Positions 39,255-50,046 of a stretch of 64,000 nucleotides of DNA are shown piece after piece. Position numbers and translations under genes: made by a program. Origin of the DNA: Nanobdellati archaeon (GTDB lineage Archaea; Nanobdellota; Nanobdellia; CSSed11-243R1); the NCBI GenBank assembly GCA_027007025.1, contig JALTFL010000001.1:248-64247 (forward strand), read 5' to 3'. A model generated the notes under the pieces. The model saw nothing but the letters and a program-made list of their open reading frames with translations, ran no database searches and was not told where the DNA came from. How positions within the stretch are numbered: the first letter of the stretch is position 1; each line of letters starts with the position of its first letter.

Positions 39255-39821
39255 ATGCCAAGAGGAAGACCTATAAAAACAGACATACGTGAGAGGATAG
39301 CTGCGATTCTTCAGCACATGAACATAGCTTATGGATATCAGATATTCAAAATTTACAGGGATGTTTTTGGATATATATCACTGCGCAACTTGTATTACAA
39401 TGTCAAAAAGGGAATGGAGCTTGGGGAATTTGTGGTTGTTGATGTTAAAAGAGAAAATGGATTATTCACGTGGGGGCAAAATGTTGAACATAAATATTAT
39501 ACCTTAGGCCCTTTTGCTATATTCCCTAAAAAACTGAAGGAAGGCGAAATTAAAAAACTAAATTCATTGAATCGTGAGGAAATAAAGATTGACTGGGAAG
39601 ATATAATAAAAAAGCAGATAATTAAGTTGGAAAATGAAATTAGAGAATTCAACAAGTCTAAGAGCCGATTTAGATATGAAGATAAAATAAAAATAGAACA
39701 TTCTATCAAAAGGAAGATAGTTGTCCTTAAGGATTGGTTAAAAGCCAAAGTCGGAAAGAATCAAATACTAAAAGCTAAAATAAATAATCTCAATGAATTA
39801 ATCAACACACAGACACCATAA
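39255..39821 (+). CDS. hypothetical protein (possible wHTH N-terminus, coiled-coil C-terminus)
   Basis: 188 aa immediately upstream of predicted oriC. Confidence 0.35.
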   Translation: MPRGRPIKTDIRERIAAILQHMNIAYGYQIFKIYRDVFGYISLRNLYYNVKKGMELGEFVVVDVKRENGLFTWGQNVEHKYYTLGPFAIFPKKLKEGEIKKLNSLNREEIKIDWEDIIKKQIIKLENEIREFNKSKSRFRYEDKIKIEHSIKRKIVVLKDWLKAKVGKNQILKAKINNLNELINTQTP

Positions 39822-39884
39822 TTTCCTTTAGAACACTATAAAAAATAAAAATCAAATTTTAAGATAATTTCGAAAAAAAGAATA

Positions 39885-40260
39885 TAATACACCCCTTTAT
39901 TTCTTTTGGAATTAAAAATACACCCCTTTTGTTCTTTTGGAAGCAATTTTTAACCTCCCCCTCATTTCCAATGGAAATTTCCAATTTTGTATATTATATA
40001 TTATATTATATATATTATATATATATTTACTATATAGATAATAAATAAATAAATAATATTTTAACCTCTAAATTCAATTTTAAAGTTGTTTTTTCTTATA
40101 TATTACATAATATAGCTATTATAAATTATATTAACCATTATTTCGCTTGAAATTAAATTCTTTTATTCTTTTAAAGGAAATCATAGTCCCATTGTTGTGT
40201 AATACCTATTTTTTCCTTTATTCTGCATGATTTACCGAATATATTTCCATAGGAAATGAT
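39885..40260. promoter_or_regulatory. oriC: predicted replication origin: direct repeats, ORB-like inverted repeats TTTCCAATGGAAA (39965-39977) and TTTCCATAGGAAA (40243-40257) flanking an AT-rich unwinding element
   Basis: ACACCCCTTT(A/G)TTCTTTTGGAA direct repeats, TATATTATAT tract 39990-40060, located directly upstream of orc1/cdc6. Confidence 0.55.
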
Positions 40261-40367
40261 GGTATGACTGTCTTCCATCCGTGAAGAAGGCAGATAATAA
40301 TTATTTCATGTGGAACATATCATAGAGTATACAAATAATTTTAAATAAGTTAATATTATAATTTTCT

Positions 40368-41573
40368 ATGGGGGTAGCTGTTGATAAAATCTTTGAAGAC
40401 TTTCTAAACAAACAATCTATATTTAATAATAAAGATGCGCTGACAATACAATACACACCTGATAATATCCCTCATAGAGAAGAACAAATAGCTGCATTAG
40501 CAAAGATTTTGGCGCCGGCTTTAAGGATGGAGAAACCATCAAATGTTTTTGTATATGGTAAAACAGGTTCCGGAAAATCATTATGTACAAATTATGTTTG
40601 TTCTCAATTAAATAAAATTTCAGAATCTAAAAATGTACCACTAAAAGTTGTGTATGTAAACTGTAAAATGAGAAAAGTTGCAGATACAGAATATAGGTTA
40701 ATTGCTCAACTGGCGCGTGAATTTGGGCAGAATATTCCAGCAACAGGGCTTCCAACAGATGAAGTATATAAAATATTTTTTGAGACTATAGACAAGGACA
40801 AAAAGTTGATTATTTTGATTTTAGATGAAGTTGATCAGCTTGTCAAAAAGGTAGGCGACGAAGTTTTGTATAATCTCACAAGAATTAATCAGGAACTAAA
40901 AAATGCAAAAATTAACATTATTGGGATATCAAATGATGTTTTATTTATGAATAACATTGACCCAAGAGTAAAATCTTCTCTAAATGAAGAAGAAATGGTA
41001 TTCCCACCTTATGATGCTCTTCAGTTGAAAGATATTTTATCAGAAAGGGCTAAAATTGCATTTAATAAAGGTTCAATATCAGAATCTGTAATAGCAAAGT
41101 GCGCCGCATATGCAGCTAGAGAGCACGGTGACGCAAGGCGTGCCCTTGATTTACTTAGAGTCGCAGGGGAGATAGCTGAAAGGGCGGGAAGGGATAGAGT
41201 TGAAGAAAAAGATGTTGACTTGGCAGAAGAAAAGATTGAAAAGGAAACAATTGAAGAGGTAGTTAAAAATCTACCTGTTCAATCTCAATCTGTCCTTTAT
41301 GCGGCATTTTTGATTCTGAAAAGCAGAGAACCTCCAGTTTATACAGGAGAAATATACGATGTTTACAAAAGTATTTGTGTAAGAACCGCGACAAAGCCGC
41401 TTACACAGAGGCGTGTCTCAGATTTGATATCCGAACTTGATATGCTTGGTATAATAAACGCAAAAGTTATTTCCAAGGGTAGATATGGACGAACACGAGA
41501 AATAAGCCTTAGTGTTTCAGATGAGATATTAAATAAAATAGAAGATCTTTTGAAGGTAGATCTTAAGTTGTAA
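40368..41573 (+). CDS. orc1: Orc1/Cdc6 replication initiator
   Basis: Walker A VYGKTGSGKS, Walker B ILDEVD, C-terminal winged helix. Confidence 0.95.
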   Translation: MGVAVDKIFEDFLNKQSIFNNKDALTIQYTPDNIPHREEQIAALAKILAPALRMEKPSNVFVYGKTGSGKSLCTNYVCSQLNKISESKNVPLKVVYVNCKMRKVADTEYRLIAQLAREFGQNIPATGLPTDEVYKIFFETIDKDKKLIILILDEVDQLVKKVGDEVLYNLTRINQELKNAKINIIGISNDVLFMNNIDPRVKSSLNEEEMVFPPYDALQLKDILSERAKIAFNKGSISESVIAKCAAYAAREHGDARRALDLLRVAGEIAERAGRDRVEEKDVDLAEEKIEKETIEEVVKNLPVQSQSVLYAAFLILKSREPPVYTGEIYDVYKSICVRTATKPLTQRRVSDLISELDMLGIINAKVISKGRYGRTREISLSVSDEILNKIEDLLKVDLKL

Positions 41574-41598
41574 TTAAAATCCCCGAGGGGTATGTAAT

Positions 41599-43068
41599 AT
41601 GGAAAATGTGGTGAACAAATTAATCGAGAAAGGATACTTAATTTCTCCAGATGTGGAAATTCTAGACAAAGATATAAATGCTTTCTTAAGTTTCCTGGAC
41701 TCTCAAAATCCTAAACCAACATTTGTGACAAAAGACACTTATGAAAAATTTAAGGGCACTTTGAAAGGGGAACTTGAAATTAATTATGTTGTAAAGAGGC
41801 ATGTTGAAAGAAGGAGCGAAGCAGATACGAGAGTTGAGCTCAAGAAGATGTACAAACAGTCAAATAAGAAAATTGACATAAATGACTGGCTTGCCTACTA
41901 CACTGACAGATTTGAGAGGATTAGCCGCCTTTTGAGAAATAGGATTGAGTTAAGGAATGTCATTTCAATTTCCAGGATATTAAAAACAACGGGCCGCCAG
42001 GAAGTCGCGACAATAGGGATGATAAAAGATATACGAAAAACATTCACAGGCGCGCATATAGTGGAAATAGAAGACCCTACAGGACAAATAAAATTAATTA
42101 TAAAAAAGGATAAAATGCTGAAAGTTGTTGATGATTTGGTTTTAGATGAAGTTATAGGTGTTGTTGGAACAAAATCAAAAGATGTGTTATATCCTTCTAA
42201 TATAATATTTCCTGATGTTCCAGACAGACCTTTGAAGAAGGCAAAAGATGATGTTTATGCTGCATTTATATCTGACACTCATGTTGGGAGTGATATGTTT
42301 CTCCCAAAAGAGTTTGGGATGTTTGCCAAATGGTTGAAGGGAAAGATGGGTTCAGAATCCCAGAGAGAAATAGCCAAGAAGATAAAATATATTTTTGTGA
42401 TAGGTGATTTGGTTGATGGGGTTGGAATTTACCCCGGACAAGAGAATGAGCTGATTATAAAAGACATTTATGACCAATACAATGAGTTCGCGAAATATTT
42501 TGCTGACATACCAGAAGATATACAGATTATTGTTGCTCCAGGGAACCACGATGCGCTAAGGCTCGCAGAGCCACAACATGTTCTATTTGAAGACATTGCA
42601 AAGCCAGTTTATCAGATAAACAACATAACTATGACATCAAATCCTGCTGTTGTTAATATTCATGGCATTGATGGTTTTCCAGGATTTGACACGTTGCTTT
42701 ATCACGGAATGTCGTTTGATAAATTAGTTTCTGATGTTCCATCTCTTAGGAAATATGGTTATGAAAGGGCAGATAAGATTATGGAATTCCTTCTCAAGAA
42801 AAGACATCTTGCGCCATCACACGGCTCGACACTGATAAATCCTATGTCAAGAGATTTTCTCGTGATTGACAGCCCAGTCGATGTTTTTGCAAGTGGGCAT
42901 ATTCATTATACAAAAGTTGGGAGATACAAAAATATAACCACTATTGGAACAGGATGCTTCCAGAAGAAAACGCCCTTCCAGGAGAAACTCGGACACAACC
43001 CAACTCCAGGGAGAGTTCCAATTTTCAGCTTGAAGAACAACCAAACAAAAGTAATGAGGTTTTTGTGA
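41599..43068 (+). CDS. DNA polymerase II (PolD) small subunit DP1
   Basis: calcineurin-like phosphoesterase motifs GDLVDGVG, GNHD; stop overlaps DP2 start (TGATG). Confidence 0.95.
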   Translation: MENVVNKLIEKGYLISPDVEILDKDINAFLSFLDSQNPKPTFVTKDTYEKFKGTLKGELEINYVVKRHVERRSEADTRVELKKMYKQSNKKIDINDWLAYYTDRFERISRLLRNRIELRNVISISRILKTTGRQEVATIGMIKDIRKTFTGAHIVEIEDPTGQIKLIIKKDKMLKVVDDLVLDEVIGVVGTKSKDVLYPSNIIFPDVPDRPLKKAKDDVYAAFISDTHVGSDMFLPKEFGMFAKWLKGKMGSESQREIAKKIKYIFVIGDLVDGVGIYPGQENELIIKDIYDQYNEFAKYFADIPEDIQIIVAPGNHDALRLAEPQHVLFEDIAKPVYQINNITMTSNPAVVNIHGIDGFPGFDTLLYHGMSFDKLVSDVPSLRKYGYERADKIMEFLLKKRHLAPSHGSTLINPMSRDFLVIDSPVDVFASGHIHYTKVGRYKNITTIGTGCFQKKTPFQEKLGHNPTPGRVPIFSLKNNQTKVMRFL

Positions 43069-46000
43069 TGGAGATTCAGGAATATTTTGAGTCTATGGAA
43101 AAAGAGGTCAAGAAGGCGTACGAACTTGCCACAAAAGCAAGGAAAAACGGCTCCGACCCAGAGGATTATGTAGATATTCCTTTAGCAAAAAACCTTTTTG
43201 AGAGAGTGGAAGGATTGATAGGTGCTCTTTCCCCTCAGATTGTCGGCTCCGGAGTCGCAAAAAGATTAGAGGAGCTTGATAAAAAATATGGGAGCGGGGA
43301 CTGGAGAGTAGCTTTGAAAATTGCGGAAGAAGTTGCCAAGGAAAAATTTTGCAAATTCAAAGACCAAAAAGAAGCTCTTGAAGTAGGCGTAAGAGTTGGA
43401 CTTGCATACATAACTATGGGTGTCGTGTCTGCTCCGCTTGAGGGATTTATAGAATTTAAAATCAAGGACAGGAACGACGGGAAGAAATACGCGTCATGCT
43501 ACTTTGCTGGGCCAATAAGAGCTGCAGGCGGAACCGCCGCAGCAGTTACATTATTGATAGCAGATTATTTAAGGAGAGTGTTCGGCTTCGAGTCATTTGA
43601 TATAACGAAAGAAGAAATAGAAAGAACAAAGGTTGAGGTTGAAGCGTACCATAAAAGTGTTGCAAGGCTCCAATACTTTCCAGCTCCAGAAGAGCTTGAC
43701 TTTCTTTTATCTAAAATACCCATTGAGATAAATGGAGACCCCACATCAGAAAGAGAAGTTTTAATTTACAAGGACTTGCCAAGAGTTGGCACACCGAAGA
43801 TAAGAGGGGGGATGTGTCTTGTATTGTGTGAGGGGCTAGCCCAAAAAGCCCCTAAGATTTTAAAGAGAATTGAAAAGTGGGGGGAAGAGTTCGGGCTTTC
43901 TGATTGGAATTTCCTAAAAGAGTATGTTGATATAAAAACTAAAGTTCACGCCGGAAAGAAAAGCGACTCGAAAACAATTAAACCAAACGATATTTTCATC
44001 CAAGAAACTGTCGCTGGACGTCCAGTGTTTTCGTATCCTATGAGGAAAGGAGGATTTAGACTAAGATATGGGCGTTCAAGATTAAGTGGGCTTGCTGCGG
44101 CAAGTTTTAATCCAGCGACTATGCATGTTTTAGGAAATTTCATAGCGACAGGCAGTCAGTTGAGACTGGAGCGCCCCGGAAAAGCATGCGCAGCGACACC
44201 TTGTGACACTATTGATGGACCTATTGTCAAACTGTACGATGAAAGCGTTGTGAAAATAAACACAATGGATGATTTTTACAGATACAAAAACAAAATAAAA
44301 GATATACTTTTCCTCGGAGACATTTTAGTTGCATATGGAGAATTTACGAGGAATAATCATATATTAGTTCCAAGTCCTTATGTGGAAGAGTGGTGGATTC
44401 AAGAATTCAAAAACGCCAACGGAAGCGAGGATGTTTCCTCTCTCGACGCGAAGCAGCTTGCGGGACTTTCTGTAAAATATAATATCCCCCTTCACCCAAG
44501 ATTAACTCCTTTCTTCAATAATTCCACAGTTGACGGAGTAAAAATGCTTTATGATGCTGTTAAGAATGCAAAGATTGAAGATTCAAATATACTCCTCTCA
44601 CACTCGAAGGAAACAAAAAAAGTTCTCGAAGACATTTATATCCCCCACAAGCTTGTTGACAAAGGGATTTTAATTGAAGGGGAGGATGCAATAGGATTAC
44701 TCTACTCATTTGGCTACCTTCCGAAAAATGAATGGAAGGAAACCCCAAGTGAAAAATTTGAAACACCAATAGATTTCATCAACTCTCTTTCTGAAGTTGC
44801 CATTAAGGATAGAGCAGGAATTTATGTCGGCTCGCGCCTTGGAAGGCCCGAGAAGGCAAAGCTTAGAAAGATGAAAGGAAGTCCACATGGTTTGTTCCCA
44901 GTAGCATCACAGGGGGGGAGAATGAGAAGCATCAACGCCGCGATGGAAGTTAGATATGTTGAAACAAATCTTCCGGTTTTTAGATGTCCTAAATGTGGGG
45001 TGGAAAGCGTTTATCCCAAATGCCCAAAGTGCGGGGAGAGATTGAAACCTTTGAGATTTTGTGTTAAGTGTGGAAAGGAAACTGACAAAGAAACCCACTG
45101 CGGACTGCGGACTGTTTTCTACACAAAACAAAAGTTGGACATAAAAAAATACGTGAATGATGCGCTTGAAAATCTTGGGGTGTCTATGCCATCTCTTGTG
45201 AAAGGGGTGAGGGGGACTTCAAATAAGCTGAGAATTCCGGAGCCTGTTGAAAAGGCTATACTTCGCGCCCTTCATGATGTTTATGTGAACAAAGATGGCA
45301 CAATTAGATATGATGCAATTGAAACTCCAATTACTCACTTCAAGCCGAAGGAAGTCGGGACTCCAGTTGAAAAGCTGAAAGAACTCGGATACACAACAGA
45401 CATATATGGAAAACCTCTTGAAGATTCAAATCAAGTTTTAGAGTTATTCCCGCAGGATGTTATACTTCCAGACTGCGAAGACTGGACAGATGTTACCGCG
45501 CTCAAGATGGTTTACAACACCGCAGCATTTGTTGATGATGAGCTTCAAAGATATTACAAAACATCAAGTTATTACAATATATCCTCACCAAAAGACATGA
45601 TTGGCACGCTTATCATTGCCCTTGCACCACACACTTCAGCGGGAATAATAGGGAGGATAATAGGGTTCTCAAAAACACAGTGCTTTTTCGCACATCCATA
45701 CTTCCATTCCGCCGTCAGACGAAACTGCGACGGCGACGAAGTAGGGTTCATGCTTTTGATGGACGCGCTTTTAAACTTTTCAAGGCAATACCTTCCGGAC
45801 GCGAGAGGCAGCAGGCACATGGACGCGCCATTGGTACTCACAACAAGGTTAATCCCTGAAGAAGTTGATGATGAGGTTTACAACATGGATATAGTTTCAA
45901 GTTACCCCATTGAGTTTTATGAGGCAACCCAAAAGTGGGCGTCGCCATATGATGTGAAAATAAAGCAGGTAAAAGACACCCTTGGAAAGCCAGAGGAATA

Positions 46001-46481
46001 TAAAGGATTTATGTTTACCCACAACGTTTCAGATATGAACATAGGGAACCGCGTTTCGGCGTACAAGACACTTACCACAATTTCTGACAAGGTAAAGCTG
46101 CAGATGGAGCTCGCGGAAAAAATCAGGGCTGTCGATAAGTCGGACGTCGCAAGGATTGTTATCGAAAAACACTTCTTGAAAGACATAAAAGGGAATCTTA
46201 GAAAGTATACTCATCAGGAAGTCAGGTGCATAAAGTGCAACGAAAAATACAGAAGGATACCTCTTGCCGGTAAGTGCTTGAAATGCGGAGGAAAGCTCGT
46301 GCTTACGGTTTCAGAAGGAACAGTGTCGAAATATCTCGGGCCATCGCTGACTCTTGCCGAGAAATATTCCATCCCTGAATATCTGAAGCAGACTTTGGAC
46401 ATATTGAAGAGAAGAGTAGATTCTGTTTTTGGAAAGGAACCCACAAAGCAAAAAGGACTCACAGAATTTTTTGGTGGTTAA
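43068..46481 (+). CDS. DNA polymerase II (PolD) large subunit DP2
   Basis: 1137 aa, zinc fingers CPKCGVESVYPKCPKCG and CIKCN..CLKCGG, conserved DP2 catalytic core. Confidence 0.95.
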   Translation: MEIQEYFESMEKEVKKAYELATKARKNGSDPEDYVDIPLAKNLFERVEGLIGALSPQIVGSGVAKRLEELDKKYGSGDWRVALKIAEEVAKEKFCKFKDQKEALEVGVRVGLAYITMGVVSAPLEGFIEFKIKDRNDGKKYASCYFAGPIRAAGGTAAAVTLLIADYLRRVFGFESFDITKEEIERTKVEVEAYHKSVARLQYFPAPEELDFLLSKIPIEINGDPTSEREVLIYKDLPRVGTPKIRGGMCLVLCEGLAQKAPKILKRIEKWGEEFGLSDWNFLKEYVDIKTKVHAGKKSDSKTIKPNDIFIQETVAGRPVFSYPMRKGGFRLRYGRSRLSGLAAASFNPATMHVLGNFIATGSQLRLERPGKACAATPCDTIDGPIVKLYDESVVKINTMDDFYRYKNKIKDILFLGDILVAYGEFTRNNHILVPSPYVEEWWIQEFKNANGSEDVSSLDAKQLAGLSVKYNIPLHPRLTPFFNNSTVDGVKMLYDAVKNAKIEDSNILLSHSKETKKVLEDIYIPHKLVDKGILIEGEDAIGLLYSFGYLPKNEWKETPSEKFETPIDFINSLSEVAIKDRAGIYVGSRLGRPEKAKLRKMKGSPHGLFPVASQGGRMRSINAAMEVRYVETNLPVFRCPKCGVESVYPKCPKCGERLKPLRFCVKCGKETDKETHCGLRTVFYTKQKLDIKKYVNDALENLGVSMPSLVKGVRGTSNKLRIPEPVEKAILRALHDVYVNKDGTIRYDAIETPITHFKPKEVGTPVEKLKELGYTTDIYGKPLEDSNQVLELFPQDVILPDCEDWTDVTALKMVYNTAAFVDDELQRYYKTSSYYNISSPKDMIGTLIIALAPHTSAGIIGRIIGFSKTQCFFAHPYFHSAVRRNCDGDEVGFMLLMDALLNFSRQYLPDARGSRHMDAPLVLTTRLIPEEVDDEVYNMDIVSSYPIEFYEATQKWASPYDVKIKQVKDTLGKPEEYKGFMFTHNVSDMNIGNRVSAYKTLTTISDKVKLQMELAEKIRAVDKSDVARIVIEKHFLKDIKGNLRKYTHQEVRCIKCNEKYRRIPLAGKCLKCGGKLVLTVSEGTVSKYLGPSLTLAEKYSIPEYLKQTLDILKRRVDSVFGKEPTKQKGLTEFFGG

Positions 46482-46633
46482 GAAAGTTTTACAATTTTTT
46501 CAGGAGACACTTGGAACGGCAAGCGCTACGGAACATGGCACCATCACGGCGGAAATATTGATAAACTCAAAGCTTCTGTAAATCTATTATCTTCCCTCAA
46601 CCAAAATTAATATGCCCTGGACATGATTTTCCA

Positions 46634-47782
46634 TTAGAAATAATAAAGTAATGTAGGAACAACAAGTGAACCCATGCAGTTCGACATGCTTGTTTTTACT
46701 TTGTTTGCCAGCACACCTATTCCGGATGCAGCCGCCAGGAATGCAATACCCAAAACACCGTCGAAGAAAAACGCAGCGGCTGTTATTGCGAGCACAACTA
46801 TTATTTTTATCCATGTGTAATTTATTCTGTTTTCAAGATTTGCGAATAATTTTCCTACATGCAGCGTCAGTATATAAGAGATAATTCCAACAGTCACCGT
46901 GGTAAGCAAGACAAGCACGAATGTTTTTATGTCAAAACTAAACTTTTGCCCTAGCATTTCAATAACACCAATCCTTGCCTTGCCCACTGTGAACAGGAGT
47001 ATTGTTGAGAATACTATGTCAAATCCGGAAATTGCTCCGATTGAAATCAAAAATTCTTCTTTCTTCTTCAGCATCCATCTTGAGAAAAGGGAAGCTTGCG
47101 CTGGACCGACCGCCGGGATGAATGTAAGGAAAAACGACGACAAGAACGCCGAGCCCAAACCCTTTGAAACATCTTTCTTATTAATTGGGATTTTATAAGA
47201 TTTGATTTGTTTTGGTAGTTTCTGTCTTATTTCAAGCAAAATTGGGAAACCAAAAAATCCAGTGAGCAGTATCATAAGGGGTTGGTTCAGCATTTTCAGC
47301 CCGAAATACCCAACCACACCAGACATTAAGAAAATAATAATTGCATAAAGAGGTTTTCTATCTTTTATTATCAAGAGTCCCATAATAATCAACAATCCGA
47401 ACGGCACATATTTCCTTATTGAATCATACAAGAAGGGAACAAACTTTATTAAAACAGGCGACAACACAACACCAGTTAACAGCGCTGACAAGATGCCAAC
47501 AGTGATTAATTTTATTGCCGCCAAAGACTTTCCCTCATGGACAAACCTGAATATGGGATGCATCGCGAGAACATTGCTTTCATCCGGGACAAAGAGAAAT
47601 GTTGAGCGGATTATCTCGAAGAATTGATAAGATACAATCATTGTGACAAAAGTCGGCAGAATCCACCAGTCGCTGAATTGAAAGAGCAGGATACTTCCAA
47701 TAAAGTTGGGATGTAGTCCCGGAATTAATCCTGTAATAAATCCGAGTGCAAGTCCAATAAGTATTGAAATTAACACATTCAT
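46634..47782 (-). CDS. TctA-like (DUF112) integral membrane protein
   Basis: 382 aa, ~10 TM helices, N-terminal GLIPGLHPN motif region. Confidence 0.5.
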   Translation of the reverse strand: MNVLISILIGLALGFITGLIPGLHPNFIGSILLFQFSDWWILPTFVTMIVSYQFFEIIRSTFLFVPDESNVLAMHPIFRFVHEGKSLAAIKLITVGILSALLTGVVLSPVLIKFVPFLYDSIRKYVPFGLLIIMGLLIIKDRKPLYAIIIFLMSGVVGYFGLKMLNQPLMILLTGFFGFPILLEIRQKLPKQIKSYKIPINKKDVSKGLGSAFLSSFFLTFIPAVGPAQASLFSRWMLKKKEEFLISIGAISGFDIVFSTILLFTVGKARIGVIEMLGQKFSFDIKTFVLVLLTTVTVGIISYILTLHVGKLFANLENRINYTWIKIIVVLAITAAAFFFDGVLGIAFLAAASGIGVLANKVKTSMSNCMGSLVVPTLLYYF

Positions 47783-48333
47783 TTTAACATAGATTCATAT
47801 TTTTTCATCCAGCTTGTTTTCCCATAGGATGGCTTTTTTCTTCCATTAATTATTTTTATTATCTCATTGACAATGTCATCTATTTTTCTGTCGCTGGTGT
47901 TTATCTCATGAATTTTCCTGTGCTTGTTTTGAATTGATTCAATCAAACATGAATCAAGAATCTCTGTCTCAACATTTTCCATAACTTTCCTTTTTGGATA
48001 TTTTCTCCTTTTTAGCCTATGTTCGAGTTTTTTGGGATTGTATCTTAACACAAAACAGAAATCGACTATTTTCGGAGAAATAAACTGCGACAAATGATTG
48101 GGGACAATGTAATCTTTTCCCTTTTCAATATATTTTTTTATTGCTTTTGTTATTTTGGTTTCATCAATCACGTAAGAACGAGCGCTCCTATCATATCCTT
48201 TGACAATTTTTTCTTTTTTGGCAATTTCTTCCAAGTCAAGAACATTTGCTCCAATTCTTTTGGATAATCGCTTGGCAATTGTGGATTTTCCAACTCCAGG
48301 AGTCCCCGTGATACAGATTATCATCTTAAACAC
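47779..48333 (-). CDS. putative adenylate kinase / AK6-Fap7-like P-loop NTPase
   Basis: P-loop ITGTPGVGKST, 184 aa. Confidence 0.65.
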   Translation of the reverse strand: MFKMIICITGTPGVGKSTIAKRLSKRIGANVLDLEEIAKKEKIVKGYDRSARSYVIDETKITKAIKKYIEKGKDYIVPNHLSQFISPKIVDFCFVLRYNPKKLEHRLKRRKYPKRKVMENVETEILDSCLIESIQNKHRKIHEINTSDRKIDDIVNEIIKIINGRKKPSYGKTSWMKKYESMLK

Positions 48334-49867
48334 TTATGACTTCAATTGGCATGCCAATCCTTCTTTCGAGATTTCTTACCCGCTTTCCATTGCGTCCAAG
48401 AATTCTTTTTATTTGGTTTCTGTTAGCATAGATGTATGCAACACCATCTTTGGTTCTTATTTCAACATCCATTCTCAGTTCTTTCTTCAACATTTCCTCA
48501 ATGCCTTTCTTGGGAGTCACAGGAATCACGACTGTTTCGTCTCCGTAAGAATACATTTCATACTCCACTTCTCCGGAAAAGAAGTCTCTTATCTCAACAA
48601 GCGGACGAGCAAGGTCACTTTCAGTCATCCCACTTGGAACCTTAACTGATATATTCAATGAGTACACCTTTGCGACATTCCCATTTTCTATGAAAATCAC
48701 AGTATCAATAATTGAAGGAATCATTCCTAATTCCACTCTTTTGACAAATCTTTGTATGGAATCAATCGGGGATGTTGCGTGTACTACACCTATCATACCT
48801 ACACCTGCGAGACGCAAATCCGAGTAAAGAAGGAAATCCTGGTTGTTCCTCATCTCGTCAAAGATGGTGTAATCAGGACGGCTCAAAAGAAGAACGTCGC
48901 GTATTTCATCAATGCTGCCGAGCGCCTTGCTGTATTGAGTAATCTCAGCAGGAAGTCTCAAATCCCTTGGCGCCTCGACAGTCTTGACAACTTTATTTTT
49001 CTTCATGTAAAACTCAGCGAGAGCTTCTGCGAATGTTGACTTCCCGTGCCCTGGCGCACCAGATATAAGTATGCCTGCGGCGTTGGTTTCAAATCTTTTC
49101 GTCAGCTTTTTCGGCAAGTCATAATCACTTAAACTCATTTTCTTGATTGGGCGGACTATTGTTATTTCCCATCCATCTGAGAACGGGGGTTTGGTTATAA
49201 CAATCCTGTAATCATTTATCTGGGCGATTATTGTTCGCTTGCGTTCGTTTTCTATGAATGAGCCAGGAAGATTCATTTTCCCTCTTTCAACAATTTCCTT
49301 TGAGATGTTTTGAATTTCTTCTTTTTCTATCTTTTTCTTGCCAACTTTTGTCATCTCCCAGCTTCCCGGGACACCCTTTTTGGCAATTGGTACCATTCCT
49401 TCTCTCAAATGAATTGACATTGTTTTTTCATCAAATAACTTTTCAAAGGAAAGAGGAGACGTCTCAACAATCCTTTCGGTTTCAATGAAAATAACTTTGA
49501 TACCCTGAGCTCTTGCGGCTTCGGCATCGACTTTGTCAAGAGTTACGAAGTACGCCTCTTCTTTGAGGGCGAGTTCTCTTATCATCGCATCTATTTCGCC
49601 AGCCTTCGCATATTTTATCTCGAATTCTTTCGGGCGTTCGCCAATGTAATTTAACTTTACTTTCTTGTTTTTCTTTGAAATTTCCTTTAGCTTCTTCAAT
49701 TCTTCGAGCCCTAAGAATCCTATTTCTTTTCCGTAGTTTGCCTGGGCTTCGAGCTCAGCTAGTACTGCCTTGTGAACAAGAATCGTGGCTTCTTTTATTT
49801 CCTTACCTTCAATCTTCTTGGACATCACACCATCGATTATGGCAGATGTGTCTGGAACATACTTCAT
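48326..49867 (-). CDS. PIN-PhoH-KH ATPase (COG1855 PilT-family ATPase)
   Basis: N-terminal PIN, Walker A GAPGHGKSTFA, C-terminal KH (ILGRNGKRVRNLERRIGMPI). Confidence 0.75.
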   Translation of the reverse strand: MKYVPDTSAIIDGVMSKKIEGKEIKEATILVHKAVLAELEAQANYGKEIGFLGLEELKKLKEISKKNKKVKLNYIGERPKEFEIKYAKAGEIDAMIRELALKEEAYFVTLDKVDAEAARAQGIKVIFIETERIVETSPLSFEKLFDEKTMSIHLREGMVPIAKKGVPGSWEMTKVGKKKIEKEEIQNISKEIVERGKMNLPGSFIENERKRTIIAQINDYRIVITKPPFSDGWEITIVRPIKKMSLSDYDLPKKLTKRFETNAAGILISGAPGHGKSTFAEALAEFYMKKNKVVKTVEAPRDLRLPAEITQYSKALGSIDEIRDVLLLSRPDYTIFDEMRNNQDFLLYSDLRLAGVGMIGVVHATSPIDSIQRFVKRVELGMIPSIIDTVIFIENGNVAKVYSLNISVKVPSGMTESDLARPLVEIRDFFSGEVEYEMYSYGDETVVIPVTPKKGIEEMLKKELRMDVEIRTKDGVAYIYANRNQIKRILGRNGKRVRNLERRIGMPIEVISV

Positions 49868-50046
49868 GGATACTAAAAGAAAAAGTGCGTTTTTAAAACT
49901 ATTTATTCCACAATGTTGTGAAGAGGTTATTCAAACCATCACCTATAGCTTTTCCTTTGCTCCCCCACGAAAGCCATAAAACAACAATTGCTGCAAGTCC
50001 GACAATTAAGAGAATTATTGCAAGAGTTTCATTTATGACTGCTTTC

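Noticed and set aside
39990-40060. TATATTATAT-type simple repeat considered as possible CRISPR or tandem repeat array
   Set aside because: It is a low-complexity AT tract without spacer-repeat periodicity. It is better explained as the DNA unwinding element of the predicted origin.
42954-43067. N-terminal extension of the DP2 ORF overlapping DP1 by 115 nt
   Set aside because: The conserved DP2 N-terminus begins at MEIQEYF (ATG 43068), which overlaps the DP1 stop. The upstream extension is a frame artefact.
46490-46633. Moderately GC-rich stretch after DP2 (CTTGGAACGGCAAGCGCTACGGAACATGG) considered as ncRNA
   Set aside because: There is no convincing helices or conserved motif. It overlaps the 3' end region of the TctA-like gene. 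Evidence is insufficient.
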